Below are positions 12,858-25,498 of a stretch of DNA of 64,000 nt, piece by piece (position 1 is the first letter of the stretch; every line of letters begins with the position of its first letter). Source of the DNA: Squalus acanthias (Eukaryota); NCBI GenBank assembly GCA_030390025.1, contig CM059431.1:131876001-131940000 (forward strand), written 5' to 3'. A program made the position numbers and the translations under genes. Below the pieces are notes generated by a model that was not told the origin of the DNA, did not search any database, and saw only the letters and a list, made by a program, of their open reading frames with translations.

Positions 12858-13215
12858 TTATAGCCTGAAATTGTTGAACTCGATGTTGAGTCCAGAAGGC
12901 TGTAAAGTGCCTAATCGAAAGATAAGGTGCTGTTCCTCGAGCTTACGTTGAGCTTCATTGGAACAGTGTAAGAGGCCGAGAACAGAGAGATCAGAGTGGG
13001 AGTTGAGTGGAGAATTAAAGTGACAGGCAACCGGAAGCTCGGAGTCACCCTTACGGACTGAACGGAGGTGTTCCGCAAAGTGGTCACCCAATCTGCGTTT
13101 GGTCTCCCCAATGTAGAGGAGACCGCATCATGAGCAGCGAATATAGTATACTAAATTGCAAGAAGTACAAGTAAATCGCTGTTTCACCTGGAAGGAGTGT
13201 TTGGGGTCCTGGACA
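12858..13215 (-). mobile_element. Penelope-like element, GIY-YIG endonuclease C-terminal fragment
   Basis: NLVYYIRC..CGLLYIGETKRRLGDHFAEH..PVACHFN..LEEQHLIFRLGTLQPSGLNIEF. Confidence 0.9.
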
Positions 13216-13219
13216 GGGT

Positions 13220-14351
13220 TACAGGGAACTCCGTTCCCTAGCCACCGACTCTATCCCTCTCCCTGGCAATTGTCTGAAGCTGAACCAGATTGTTCACAAC
13301 CTTAGTGTCATATTTAACCCCAAGATGAGCTTCTGACCACGTATCCGCGCCATCACTATGACCGTCTATTTCCACCTCCGTAACATCGCCCGAGTCTGCC
13401 CCTGCCTCAGCTCATCTGCTGCTGAAACCCTCATCCATGCCTTTCTTACCTCTAGACTTGACTATTCGAATGCTTTCCTGGTCGGCCTCCCATCTTCCAC
13501 CCTCCGTAAACTCTGCTGCCCGTGTCCTAATTTGCACCAAGTCACATTCACCCATCACCCCTGTGCTCACTGACCTACATTGGCTGCCGGTTAAGCAATG
13601 CCTCGATTTTAAAATTCTCATCCTTTTCAAATCCCTTCATGACCTTGCCCCTCCCTATCTCTGTAATCTTCTCCAGCTCTACAACCCTCCGAGATACCTG
13701 CACTCCTCCAATTGTGGCCTCTTGGAGCACCCCCGATTTTAATTGCTCCACCATTGGCGGCCGTGCTTACAGCTGCCGAGGCCCTAAGCTCTGGAATTCC
13801 CTCCCTAAACCTCTCCGTCTCTCTACCTCTCTTTCTTCCTTTAAGATGCTCCTTAAAACCTACCTCTTCTGCCATAATATCTCCAGTGCAGTCCTGAGGG
13901 AGTGCTGCACTTTCGGAGGTGCCGTCTTTCGGATGAGACGTTAAACCGAGGCCCCGTCTGCTCTCTCAGGTGGACGTAAAAGATCCCATTGCACTATTTC
14001 GAAGAAGAGCAGGGGAGTTATCCCCGGTGTCCTGGTCAATATTTATCCCTCAATCAACATAACAAAAACAGATTATCTGGTCATTATCACATTGCTGTTT
14101 GTGGGAGCTTGCTGTGCGCAAATTGGCTGCTGCGTTTCCTACATTACAACAGTGGCTACATTTCAAAAAGTACTTCATTGGCTATAAAGCACTTTGGGAC
14201 ATTCGGTGGTCATGAAAGGCGCTATATAAATGCAAATCTTTCTTTATTTTATGTGGCTCGGTGTCAAATTTTGTTTGATAATCGCTCCTGTGAAGTGCCT
14301 CGGGACGTTTTACTACGTTAAAGGTGCTATATAAATACACGTTGTTGTTGT
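13220..14351 (+). mobile_element. L2 LINE 3' part, interrupted by a DeuSINE
   Basis: YFHLRNIAR..AETLIHAFLTSRLDYSN..HSPITPVLTDLHWLPV; L2 tail ending in (gtt)n. Confidence 0.88.
13875..14250 (+). mobile_element. DeuSINE-superfamily SINE (SacSINE1/AmnSINE-like), 5' truncated
   Basis: Deu-like core ggaggtgccgtctttcggatgagacgttaaaccgaggcccc..gtaaaagatccc; L2-like tail gaaaggcgctatataaatgcaa. Confidence 0.8.
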
Positions 14352-14442
14352 TGGAGGAGGTTATAGAGATGGGGAGTGGCGAGGCCATAAAGACATTTAA
14401 ACGCACAGTGGACAATTTTGAATTTGAGGTGTTGGGAAACTG

Positions 14443-16202
14443 AGGCTGCGATTTTGCCATCGGAGGCGGGATCGCGGCGGGAGAGCTGGTTTCCGGGTTC
14501 CGGTCCCGCTCCCAGCTCCAGCCGCTCTGTGAAAAGGGTTTTCCCCTGATTCCCCTGCGAGGTTCCCGGCCAATTAATGGGAAGCGGGTCTGGTGACGTC
14601 ATTTGATGACGTGTCATCAGCCTGTTTCCTTAAAGGGGCCATGTCCAAATTGATCTTGACAGTTCTGCTGTCAGTATTCTACAGCATTGAGGTGCTGCAA
14701 ACACTGACAAGCACTGCACAGAGGTGCACGGCTGCACCCAGGCTCTCCCATGACTCCCTCCATATGCTTATGGAGAGAGTCACAGCACGCAAGGAGGTTC
14801 TCTTCCCTTCCCATGGGCGGAAGAGACCTCCCCAAGAGATCAACGCAACCTGGTTGCACATTGCACAGGAGGGCAGAAGCAGGGATGTCGTCAGGAGGAC
14901 CAGGCTGCAGTGGCGCAAACTTTCAATGATCTGAGCAGATCATGAAACGTTACTGCCAAGCCACAATCAACCTCATTCTGCTGTGCCACTCATCACATCC
15001 ACGTCACTCTGCCTACCCTACCCTACTCCTGCACATCCTTACTCACACCAACTTACCTTGCACCTCCACCCATCCCTCTCTATCTACATTATCACTTCCC
15101 CATCTCACTAGCCACCCCTCACACTCACCCTCAACCTACTGCAAGCATACGAACTAACAACACACAAGGGTAGACACCTGGGTGGTTTAGCCAATGTTCA
15201 TGTGAAGTTTCTGGTAATGTGTTGTCAAACATTGAAATCTATATTTCCAAGACTTTACCTTATTGGACAGATCTGTGCTCACCTTTGGAAGTGTCTTAGT
15301 GAGTTCCAGTGAATGTTGAGACATAACTCCCCCCCCCCCCCCCCCCCAAATTGTGATGAGTGTGAAAGGAATGGCTTGGACATTGTAGGGATGCTTTATG
15401 GTGCTGGTGTGGGCTTGTGTCAACCTGGCACATCATGTGGCAGCCAGTGTGAACAGCATCAAGTGAAGTAAATCTGGCCATCCCTGGCCTCCCGGGCAGC
15501 AATGTTGTTAGGTGCTGATGCCCTGTGTCCTGTGCAGCATCAGGTGATTGCGGAGAGGTTGGTATTGTTGTTGGTGATGTTGGTGTGCCTGGTGATGTTT
15601 GTGTTGTGGCTGATCGTGGAGGGATTCAGAGGACCATGGTGAGATTTTTTCAAGGGCACCGATGTTGCTGGAATAGATGGCAGCTGAAGTTGAGATGACT
15701 GAAGCGATCTGTCAATGATTAGAGAGCTTGCTCCAAGGAGGTGACAGTGGATAGAGAGTTTACTCTAAACACTTCCAAACTGCATTCAGCTCAAAAGTGT
15801 CTTCCAACTCCTGAAGGCTCAAGCTTCTGACATTGGAAAGTGACCAGCTGTGAAATGGTAGATTTCATACCACTTTTGCAGCTGTCACCTATTCACAGCA
15901 ATGGGGAGACATAGAGAATCTGACCTACTTACCTGACGTGATCTCCGAATGACGTGAACCCCGTTAAAAAACGTGGGAAAAAAAATAGGCTGGCAAAATA
16001 GTAGTTAACAAGCGTTTAACTGTCTTAAATTCCTCTCCCGCCGCTTGGTATCGGGTCTGTTCTGAAATCGCAGACCTGACACTTTATAAACTTACATGGA
16101 GGCGGGTTTGGCATGGGTTCCCAACCCGCTGTCAATCATTTCAATTTTGACAGTGGACCCGCCTCCAAACTCGCACTCTGAGCGCTGGCAAATTTCAGCT
16201 CC
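14443..16202 (+). mobile_element. Non-autonomous Harbinger derivative with a Myb/SANT exon-1 remnant (~14700-14935), inserted in a minus-strand L2
   Basis: Imperfect termini ggctgcgattttgcca / tggcaaatttcagctcc; CTG on both sides; APRLSHDSL..VLFPSHGRKRP..TWLHIA..RTRLQWRK. Confidence 0.78.
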
Positions 16203-16460
16203 CTGGGAGTCAGTGTATGTCAATGAGGACAGGGGTGATGGGTGAGCAGGATTTCGTGTGGGATAGGATATGGACAGCAGAATTTTGGATGAGCTGCAGT
16301 TTACAGAGGGTGGAGAATGGGAGGCTGGCCAGCAGAGTTTTTGAATAATCAAGTCTGGAGATGATAAAGTCATGGATGAGGGCAGATGAGCTGTGGTAAG
16401 GGCGGTGGTAGGTGAAGGTATGGAGGTGAAAGTAGATGTTTTTGTCATGGAGGGAATATG
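16203..16460 (-). mobile_element. L2 fragment, continuing 14352-14442
   Basis: LIHDFIISRLDYSKTLLASLP..KLQLIQNSA..SPITPVL. Confidence 0.8.
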
Positions 16461-16559
16461 ACAAGTACGTAACATTATAATTTGGCTGAATTGGTTGTGT
16501 GATAGGTGGACAGATCAATATTTGTAAAATAGCTTTTTTTTAACTCCCCTCATATGTAA

Positions 16560-17460
16560 TTTAGCTTTGGAATCCTACTGTATAGGAAGCTTCTAGCATA
16601 AGATCTTGCACTTGTGGCAAAATGTCCCCAGACACTTCACAACAAAGAAAAGGTGAAGTAAAGAATAGACAGCTAGCAGGCTTAGGGAGAAAGGTTAGGG
16701 GAGGTGACTGAAGGCATGATCAACCGTAGATTTTCAGATGGAGAGAGAGAGTTGCAGAATGCAAGGCCATAATAGCTGAAGGATCGATCACCAATGGTGG
16801 AGGTTAGTGAAGTGGGGGAGAGGGTGTTAATAGTAGGCCAAAGTCAGAAAAGTGGTGGGTGCAAGCCAGGATATAGGGTTGGAGGAGGTTGTATAGGTAG
16901 GGTGAGATCATGGTAGGATTTGTAAATGAGGATTTGAATTCAATATTGGTGGCCAGGAAGCAACGGAGGCTGGTTAGGACAAGAATGATAGGTGAGGGGG
17001 TACTTAGCGCAGGGTGGGTTGTGGGTGGTGGAATTTTGAATAAGATGGCATTTCAGTAGAGTGAAGCTCGGGCACCTGGTAAGGAGAGTGAACTGATTGG
17101 GATCCAAGGGAAAGTGGCAAGTTGGATCCAAAGTTGGGTGTAGATAGTTTCAGTGTGTAGGTCTTCACCACTGTGGTGGGGATTTTGTCAGGGCCTAGAG
17201 TACTTTGCTGTGTCCAGTCCACCCAGCTGCTTCTTCATGTCACGTGAAGTGAATAGATTTGCCTGGACGCGGGCGCCCGTGATGGTGGGGACCTCAGGCG
17301 GAAGCTGAGTAGGATAATCCAGTCAGCTGTTTTGGCTGAAGACGATTACAAACACTTTATCGTTGTCTCTTACACGCACATTAGAGCTGCACCATGGTTG
17401 TGGATAGAGATTTTCACGCCGGCTCCTTTTTCCATCAGTTGCCTCCTTGTCCACCATCAT
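16560..17460 (-). mobile_element. Degraded L2 fragment plus another LINE RT fragment
   Basis: LIQNST-like L2 peptide near 17030; GPDKIP..VVKT..LSTP RT N-terminal motif in ORF 17004-17222. Confidence 0.55.
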
Positions 17461-20400
17461 TCTCAGTTAGACACAGTGTAATATACAGTCACACAGAATT
17501 TGACAAGAAATTCCATTAAGATGTTACAATTTTAATATTTGTTTAATTACGCTAGCAGCCTTCTCTAATGAAAGTCTTGCTGAATGAAATTATATTTTAT
17601 GACTTTTAAATGACTTCAGATAGTAAAATTGGAATCTCACATAGCTTGTCTTTTTCATTTTCAAATAATAAAAGATTGAAACATAATGATCAAATAATAA
17701 CAGATGAAACACACCCAAAATGCAATGGGTGGGCCAGCAGTGATTCTGAGACCTCCAAATTCGACCTTTTCAGTGCAGGAGTCACATTGCCGATCCCTTT
17801 ATTAAGCAGGCAGCTATAAGAGAGAACTGCTTCATATGTAAACCATGCCTTCTTATGGGCGTTGGGGCTGAGGATGGAGCCGCTACAGCAGTGGGCAGTG
17901 TGCATTTTGTAAGGGTTTAAATGAAATGGCAGTCAAAATTAAAAGGAAATCAAACAGCGCGCTACAGACAGAGAAGGGACTTTCCCTGACTGACATAACC
18001 TGCAGCCATAAGAAAGGATGTGGCAGCTCTGCGTCATGCAGGTTCAGTTCATTGATTTTCAAAGTGAGATCGTTGACTAGTGGCAAATTCATACTTCAAA
18101 GTCGCAAATTTGGGGAAAAAATGGGAATTTGCAATAAGATGCCCACACCTCAAATTACTGTTGGTGATATTACCAGACAAGCACTTAGTACACTAATACC
18201 AAATTTCTTTTTCTTTTTAACAAAAGCATTAACCTGTTTTTTAAGCATGACAACTCCTCCATTAAAATGGCAAAGAAAAAAATTCAGTGAGAGCATTGCC
18301 AACAGTAATTCCTACTCTCAATACGCTTAAAAAAAAAATCTCCCTGGTTTTCTCAACAGCGGCTTAATGCACTATGTAGTGTGTTATTGAACCGTACACA
18401 GTGGGAAGATCCCAGGTTCCATCCATGACCAACATATCCCTTCCGAATAAAAATAAGAAAAGATCATTCAGCTCATGCAGTTTGTATTGTCACCCAACTC
18501 TTGATTCAGGTCCTGTGTAGGTGTATTTCTCAGATATTTAACTATTGTTGTTTATAATCCCTGCTTATAATCGTCACTAATTCTTGGTTTGGAGATTAGG
18601 GCATGCTTGAAGGTGAGGATTATTTCAATCCTAAATATATACAGATCATTTCAGAACTGGAGCACTATGATACTAAACCAAACTAGTACGTATTGTGTCT
18701 TTAATGCAACAAACTTAGAATGGATGTAAAATAGATCTGTTTGGCTAAAATGGCCTACAGGGATGCTATGAATGTCAAAACTCTGTCTTAGTTAGATGAA
18801 TAGTCACATTACATATAACTGATGGGTAGTCTTCAGACTATTGAACTGTCTGTTTACATTCAATACTTGTATCACACAAGGGGATATGCAGGGCACCAGT
18901 AGACATTGACGTATCTGTGCAGTCTGTTGCAGAAACGGCTAATTTGATAAATAGAGAGGCATAGAATGGCACAGCACTCCGCACCGTTAGGTGGTGAGAT
19001 GTGGATTGCTACCTGAGGTCCTCGCTACACTGTGTTATTGATATCAGGTATATCATTGTTGAGACACACTAAGCAGGATGCCAGTTATTTCTCCACAGGA
19101 TGCGAGGGGAAATTGAAAGTAGCTCGGGCTACTCCAGTGGCTCACTGAAGAGTAGTATCAGTGAAAACATGAAGCCAGGTTGAATGCTCCACCCTTCGGG
19201 CTGTGGATGGTAAATGGCATAAAGATCAAGAAGGGAAATGACAGAAAATGATTAAAGAAACAACCATAAAGAGACCACAAATAAAACTTCAATTAAGATA
19301 ACAGGTGAATTTGCTAATTGGTTAACAATATCTTTCCTCTGCTGATGAATAAACATACAAGCATAAGAAAAAATCTTTCTGGCTTTATGGGATGTTGATG
19401 GTTGAGTCATTGCCTGTAAATGTACCCCCACAATTTTCTCCCATCCTCTCCTGAGGTACGGTTCCCTCTTGGTACCTGAGGTCACTATCTTTGAGGTCAA
19501 ACAAAGAATTATTCTACAGATGGTGCTAAGCCACACTGCCATAATAACGCTTTAACTTAGAGTTATATTTCCAGTCTGTACTAAGTTAGCTGATCTCTGC
19601 TGGGTTGACTAAAATTGGCCTAGACAATCCTGGGCTACAGAGGAGAAAATCTTCCAGGGCTGTCACTCCTGGTTTACCTCCAGTTCCCTGCTAGAAAATG
19701 CATACATGTGGAGTTTCCATGAGGCCAGGATCAGGTACGGCAGTGATGCTTTTGTTGTTGAGCAGCCTGCCGAAACTCGCTGTTCAGGCTCAGACACAAA
19801 GAATGGCCACCTGAGTGAGGTACTATAGAGCAGCCAACCATTGGAAGCATACTCTTTCAGCCACGTTTATTACACACTAATAAATAAACTGCTCATCCTT
19901 GGTGCCAGCAGTATTTAGCGACCCACTTTAGCAAGAAGGCAGGATCTTTGTGGTGTACTGTTATGGGGAAGTGGGACAGGAATATATCTTTATCAAGGTA
20001 AAGGAATCCTCTGGTGTCTGCCCCTGACCGAGGCGACACTGTGCTATCAGTGTTCGTTGAAATGGGGTATTGATTGTTATTTGCCATTTCTCACTTCAAT
20101 TGGCGCTGGTGTTTTTAATAGATTTGCTTCTATTCCCCCACAATCTTTCATTGTGAACTGGGAAGATTTACTTATAAATTTTAGTGCAGTGATATTGGTC
20201 TACGCCAGTGGCATGAAATAGGCTCCTAGTGAATCAGCTGCCTGCTTTACACCGTGCTTGATGTTGGAAATATATAGATACGTAAGACTAAAAGGAAACT
20301 AAAAGCAATTTTCATTTTGCATTAGTCAGTTCTTCAGCCCACAAAAGAAGGCTTGACCTCACTACTTCAATGATTTACAGATTTGTTTTGTTTAAAAGGT

Positions 20401-22519
20401 GTGTTCCCTTGCGTCAATCAGTCACTGAGAAGGTAATTTCACTGCAGTCCGATTCACTTGGTATAGTACTGCTTCAGCTTGAATCACATGGTATGATATA
20501 AAGTGTGTTACATCCATAGGAAGCAGGAGATATTGCTTGGTTTAATTAGCACAGAAACAGGAATTTAGCCCTTAGCACAGGTATCACCAAATATCTCTTT
20601 CAATGCGCAAATTTGAAAACCTAAGCATCAGGATCAAATGGCCCAAACCATGGAGACTTATTATCCATTGTGTTATGAATATTGAAATAACCAAACATTT
20701 TGCATTTTGTACTATTACCTAGATGCGTTGAATATGTTTAGCACATTGCTTTGGTTTCTGGGTGTTTAAATGTTCTTTTTTGCTGTACCGACTATAATTT
20801 TGGGTTTTTGCAGAACTGAACTTTCTTAGTGGTTTGACAACAGTTCCTTTAAAGGGATCTTGTCCTGCTACAATCCAAAAGCTGTACCTGTTCTGTCTGT
20901 GCCGAAACATACCCAAGGGTTTAACAATTACAGTTGGCTACTTGCAGTCGTCTGTTCACTGCATTTAACATTGTCCCATGGATGGTGCCAAACTCGATTT
21001 AAAATGGCAGATATTACAAATTGACCAGACATTTACAAACTAAAGCAGTAAATATCTTTACTCACAATGAAATAATAATATGAAGCACAGCAATTTAGCA
21101 AATATAAAAATTCCATCATTTCTAAACGTACATAGAATGAGAAAATCTGTTATTCCTAAAAGATCCCTGAGGGAATATCAAAGTTGCTTTAGTTTTGAAG
21201 GACGAAGTCCTGGCTTCTGGCATGGCTAATTCAGTCACTTTCATCTTTTTTATCAGTGTTTCATGTCAATCATAAGTTATTGTCCCTTTTGTCGGATCAG
21301 TTAACAGAACTCCAGCCTTGTTTCAATCTCCAGCACATAACCTCTTGGGTATCAAATCCCACCATTCTGTTAACTCTTTTGAAGTATATTTTTCAGACAG
21401 CCTTGAGAATACTACATACATGTATATGATTGACTGCATTATGCAAGTATGGATCAAGACAGAATCCACACAGTACAATAATTAGATGTCTGAAGAGATA
21501 CAAACACAGTTCACATGTCCCCAAACAAGCAGGTTTACTGGATATGTGTAACAAGATCATTACAAAGGAATGACAATCCTTTCAGATACCAGAAGTATTT
21601 TTAAATTAAGTCAATAAAAATGCCACTTTGATCTTTTGATCAGAGGACATCGTCTAATTTTTGAGTAAATGAAACCAGCAATCATGCTTTGCAGCAGTAC
21701 TTTTAATGCAATATCTATGAAGTCCCTATTGATCTCAGCTCAGTTGTGTAAATACTTTTCTAAAAGAATACTCTTGAAATTGGCATCCTTTCTGACAATC
21801 TCAGTTCTGAATTAATTACTAATTTTGGAGCTGATGCATTCTGTTAAACCCTTGGTTTATCTTACACTCATGAATACCTTTGGTCAGCATCTTCCCTACA
21901 TCATAGACACCTCACATCACAGACTTGGCCCAACTGATTTTGTACCCTCATCAACACGTTATCAAAGGATCGTAACCCCTACTTTGACTTAGCACATTCT
22001 GACCCATGACTTAACCTCAGGACAGTAATGCCTTGAAAGGAATACCCTTTGTTTCAGATCAACTTTAATTGAGAGATAGACAAGATATCAGTAAATCAAT
22101 TTTACTTATGTGCATCTACAGAGATAAATATATATTGTCTGTTCCCCAAAATTTATAGCTATATTGCAGTAATTTATTAAAGGAGAGAATTCTTAGTTTT
22201 AATAATCATTTGAAACTTGAGAAAGTTAATCAATTAAATTTTTCTAATTTAAAAAAGTTAACATAACAGTAAGCTCATTGTGATCTGATATTGACCAGGC
22301 AATGACAGAAATAAGTAGCCAAGGTACTTGATTTTAAGTTTTAAAAACAAATAACTGATAGAAACACAAAAATAAATATTGGTTCCTGACCTGATCTTGT
22401 GCAAGAATACGATGCAAACATATAATTAGGAGCTTTGAGTATCGAACATTATCATTGTAGTAAGTTTATCAATAACTGTTTATTATTATTATTATTATCA
22501 ATAACAATAAATTGTCACA

Positions 22520-25498
22520 AAACATATTTAAAAGTTCTTTATCTGAATGCACGCAGCATTCATAACAAAATAGACGAATTGACGGTACAAATAACTACGT
22601 ATGGGTATGATCTTGTGGCCATTACAGAAACATGGCTGCAGGGTGACAACGACTGGGAATTAAATATGTCAGGGTATTTAACAATCAGGAAGGACAGACA
22701 GGAAGGAAGAGGAGGTGGGGTAGCTATGTTAATAAAGGAAGGAATCACTGTATTACAGAGAAATGATATTGGGTCAAAGGATCAGGATAATGAAACAGTT
22801 TGGGTGGAGATAAGGAATAATAAAGGGGAAAAAACACTAGTGGGAGTAGTATATAGGCCTCCTAATAGTTGCAACTCTGCTGGAAGAAGTATTAATCAGG
22901 AAATAGTTGGGGCATGTAATAAGGGAACAGCTATAATTATGGGGGATTTTAACTATCATATTAACTGGACAAATGAAATTGGGCAGGGCAGCCTTGAGGA
23001 AGAGTTTATTGAGTGTATTAGGGATGGATTTCTTGAGCAGTATGTAACTGTAATGAGTCAGGATTAATTAATAATGTCCTAGTTAAGGATCCCCTTGGAA
23101 TGAGTGACCATAACATGGTTGAATTCCATATCCAATTAGAGGGTGAGAAGGTTGGTTCTCAGACAAGCGTACTGAGCTTGAATAAAGGAGACTATGATGG
23201 TATGAGAGCGGTATTGATTAAAGTGGACTGGGAAAATAGATTAAAGGGTAAGACGGTACACGAGCAGTGGTGTTCATTTAAGGAGTTATTTTACAACTTT
23301 CAAAAAATATATATTCCACTGAGGAAAAAAGGGTGTAAAAGAAATGACAGCCATCCGTGGCTAAGTAAAGAAATTAAGGATAGTATCCAACTAAAAACAA
23401 GGACATATAAGGTAGCCAAACTTAGTGGGAGGATAGAAGATTGGGAAGTCTTCAAAAGACAGCAAAAAGTAACTAAAGGATTGATTAAGAAAGGGAAGAT
23501 AGATTATGAAAATAAATTAGCAAAAAATATAAAAACAGATAGCAAGAGTTTCTATAGTTATATAAAAAGAAAAAGGGTGGCTACGGCAAACGTAGGTCCC
23601 TTAGAGGATGAGACCGGGAAATTAATGGTGGGAAACATGGAGATGGCAAAAATGCTGAACAAATATTTTGTTTCAGTCTTTACGGTAGAGGACACTAAGA
23701 ATATCCCAACACTGGACAAACAGGGGGCTCTAGGGGGGGAGGAGCTAAATACGATTAAAATCACTAAGGAATTGGTACTCAGTAAAATAATGGGACTCAA
23801 GGCGGATAAATCCCCTGGACCTGATGGCTTACAACCTAGGGGCTTGAGGGAAGTGGCAATAGGGATTGTGGATGCTTTGGTAATAATTTTCCAAAATTCC
23901 GTGAATCAGCAAAGGTCCCGGCAGATTGGAAAACTGCTAATGTAACACCCTTATTTAAAAAGGGTAGTAGGCAGAAAGCTGGAAATTATAGACCAGTTAA
24001 TCTAACATCTGTGGTGGGTAAAATTTTGGAGTCTATTATTAAGGAGACAGTAACGGAACATTTAGATAAACATAATTTGATAGGACAAAGTCAGCATGGC
24101 TTTATGAAGGGGAAATCATGTCTGACAAATTTGCTTGAGTTCTTTGAGGACATAACGTACAGGGTAGATAAAGGGGAACCAATGGACGTAGTGTATTTAG
24201 ACTTCCAGAAGGCATTCGACAAGGTGCCACATAAAAGATTATTGCTCAAGATAAAAAATCACTGGATTGGGGGGAATATTCTGGCATGGATGGAGGATTG
24301 GTTATCTAACAGGAAGCAGAGAGTTGGGATAAATGGTTCATTCTCGGACTGGCAACCAGTAGCCAGTGGTGTTCCGCAGGGGTCGGTGCTGGGTCCCCAA
24401 CTCTTTACAATCTATATTAACGATTTGGAGAAGGGGACCGAGTGTAACATATCAAAGTTTGCAGATGATACAAAGATGGGAGGGAAAGTAGAAAGTGAGG
24501 AGGACATAAAAAACTACAAGGGGATATAGACAAGCTGGGTGAGTGGGCAGAGATTTGGCAGATGCAATATAATATTGGAAAATGTGAGGTTATGCACTTT
24601 GGCAGGAAAAATCAGAGAGCAAGTTATTATCTTAATGGCGAGAAACTGGAAAGTACTGCAGTACAAAGGGATCTGGGGGTCCTAGTGCAAGAAAATCAAA
24701 AAGTTAGTATGCAGGTGCAGCAGGTGATCAAGAAGGCCAACGGAATGTTGGCTTTTATTGCTAGGGGGATAGATTATAAAAACAGGGAGGTATTGCTGCA
24801 GTTATATAAGGTATTGGTGAGACCGCATCTGGAATACTGCATACAGTTTTGGTGTCCATACTTAAGAAAAGACATACTTGCTCTCGAGGCAGTACAAAGA
24901 AGGTTCACTCGTTTAATCCCCGGGATGAGGGGGTGGACATACGAGGAGAGGTTGAGTAGATTGGGACTCTACTCATTGGAGTTCAGAAGAATGAGAGGCG
25001 ATCTTATTGAAACATATAAGATTGTGAAGGGGCTTGATCAGGTGGATGCGGTAAGGATGTTCCCAAGGATGGGTGAAACTAGAACTAGGGGGCATAATCT
25101 TAGAATAAGGGGCTGCTCTTTCAAAACTGAGATGAGGAGAAACTTCTTCACTCAGAGGGTAGTAGGTCTGTGGAATTTGCTGCCCCAGGAAGCTGTGGAA
25201 GCTACATCATTAAATAAATTTAAAACAGAAATAGACAGTTTCCTAGAAGTAAAGGGAATTAGGGGTTACGGGGAGTGGGCAGGAAATTGGACATGAGGCT
25301 GAGTTCGGATCGGTCGAGGCCCTGTGGGTGGCGTAGCGGGCCCAGGGGCTGAGTGGCCGGGTCCTGCTCCTACTTCTTGTGTTCTTTAGATTTGAGGTGA
25401 GGATCAGATCAGCCATGATCTTATTGAATGGCGGAGCAGGCTCGAAGGGCCGATTGGCCTACTCCTGCTCCTATTTCTTATGTTCTTATCTTCTTATG
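22520..25498 (+). mobile_element. CR1 LINE with nearly complete ORF2 (APE endonuclease + RT) and 3' UTR; several frameshifts or deletions
   Basis: LYLNARSI, VAITETWL, GGGVA, VYRPP, MGDFN, SDHNMV; RT motifs PQGSVLGP and KFADD; tail cctactcctgctcctatttcttatgttctta. Confidence 0.97.

Noticed and set aside
17926..18330. 134-aa plus-strand ORF
   Set aside because: No recognisable motif and includes a T-run encoding FFFF; probably a chance ORF
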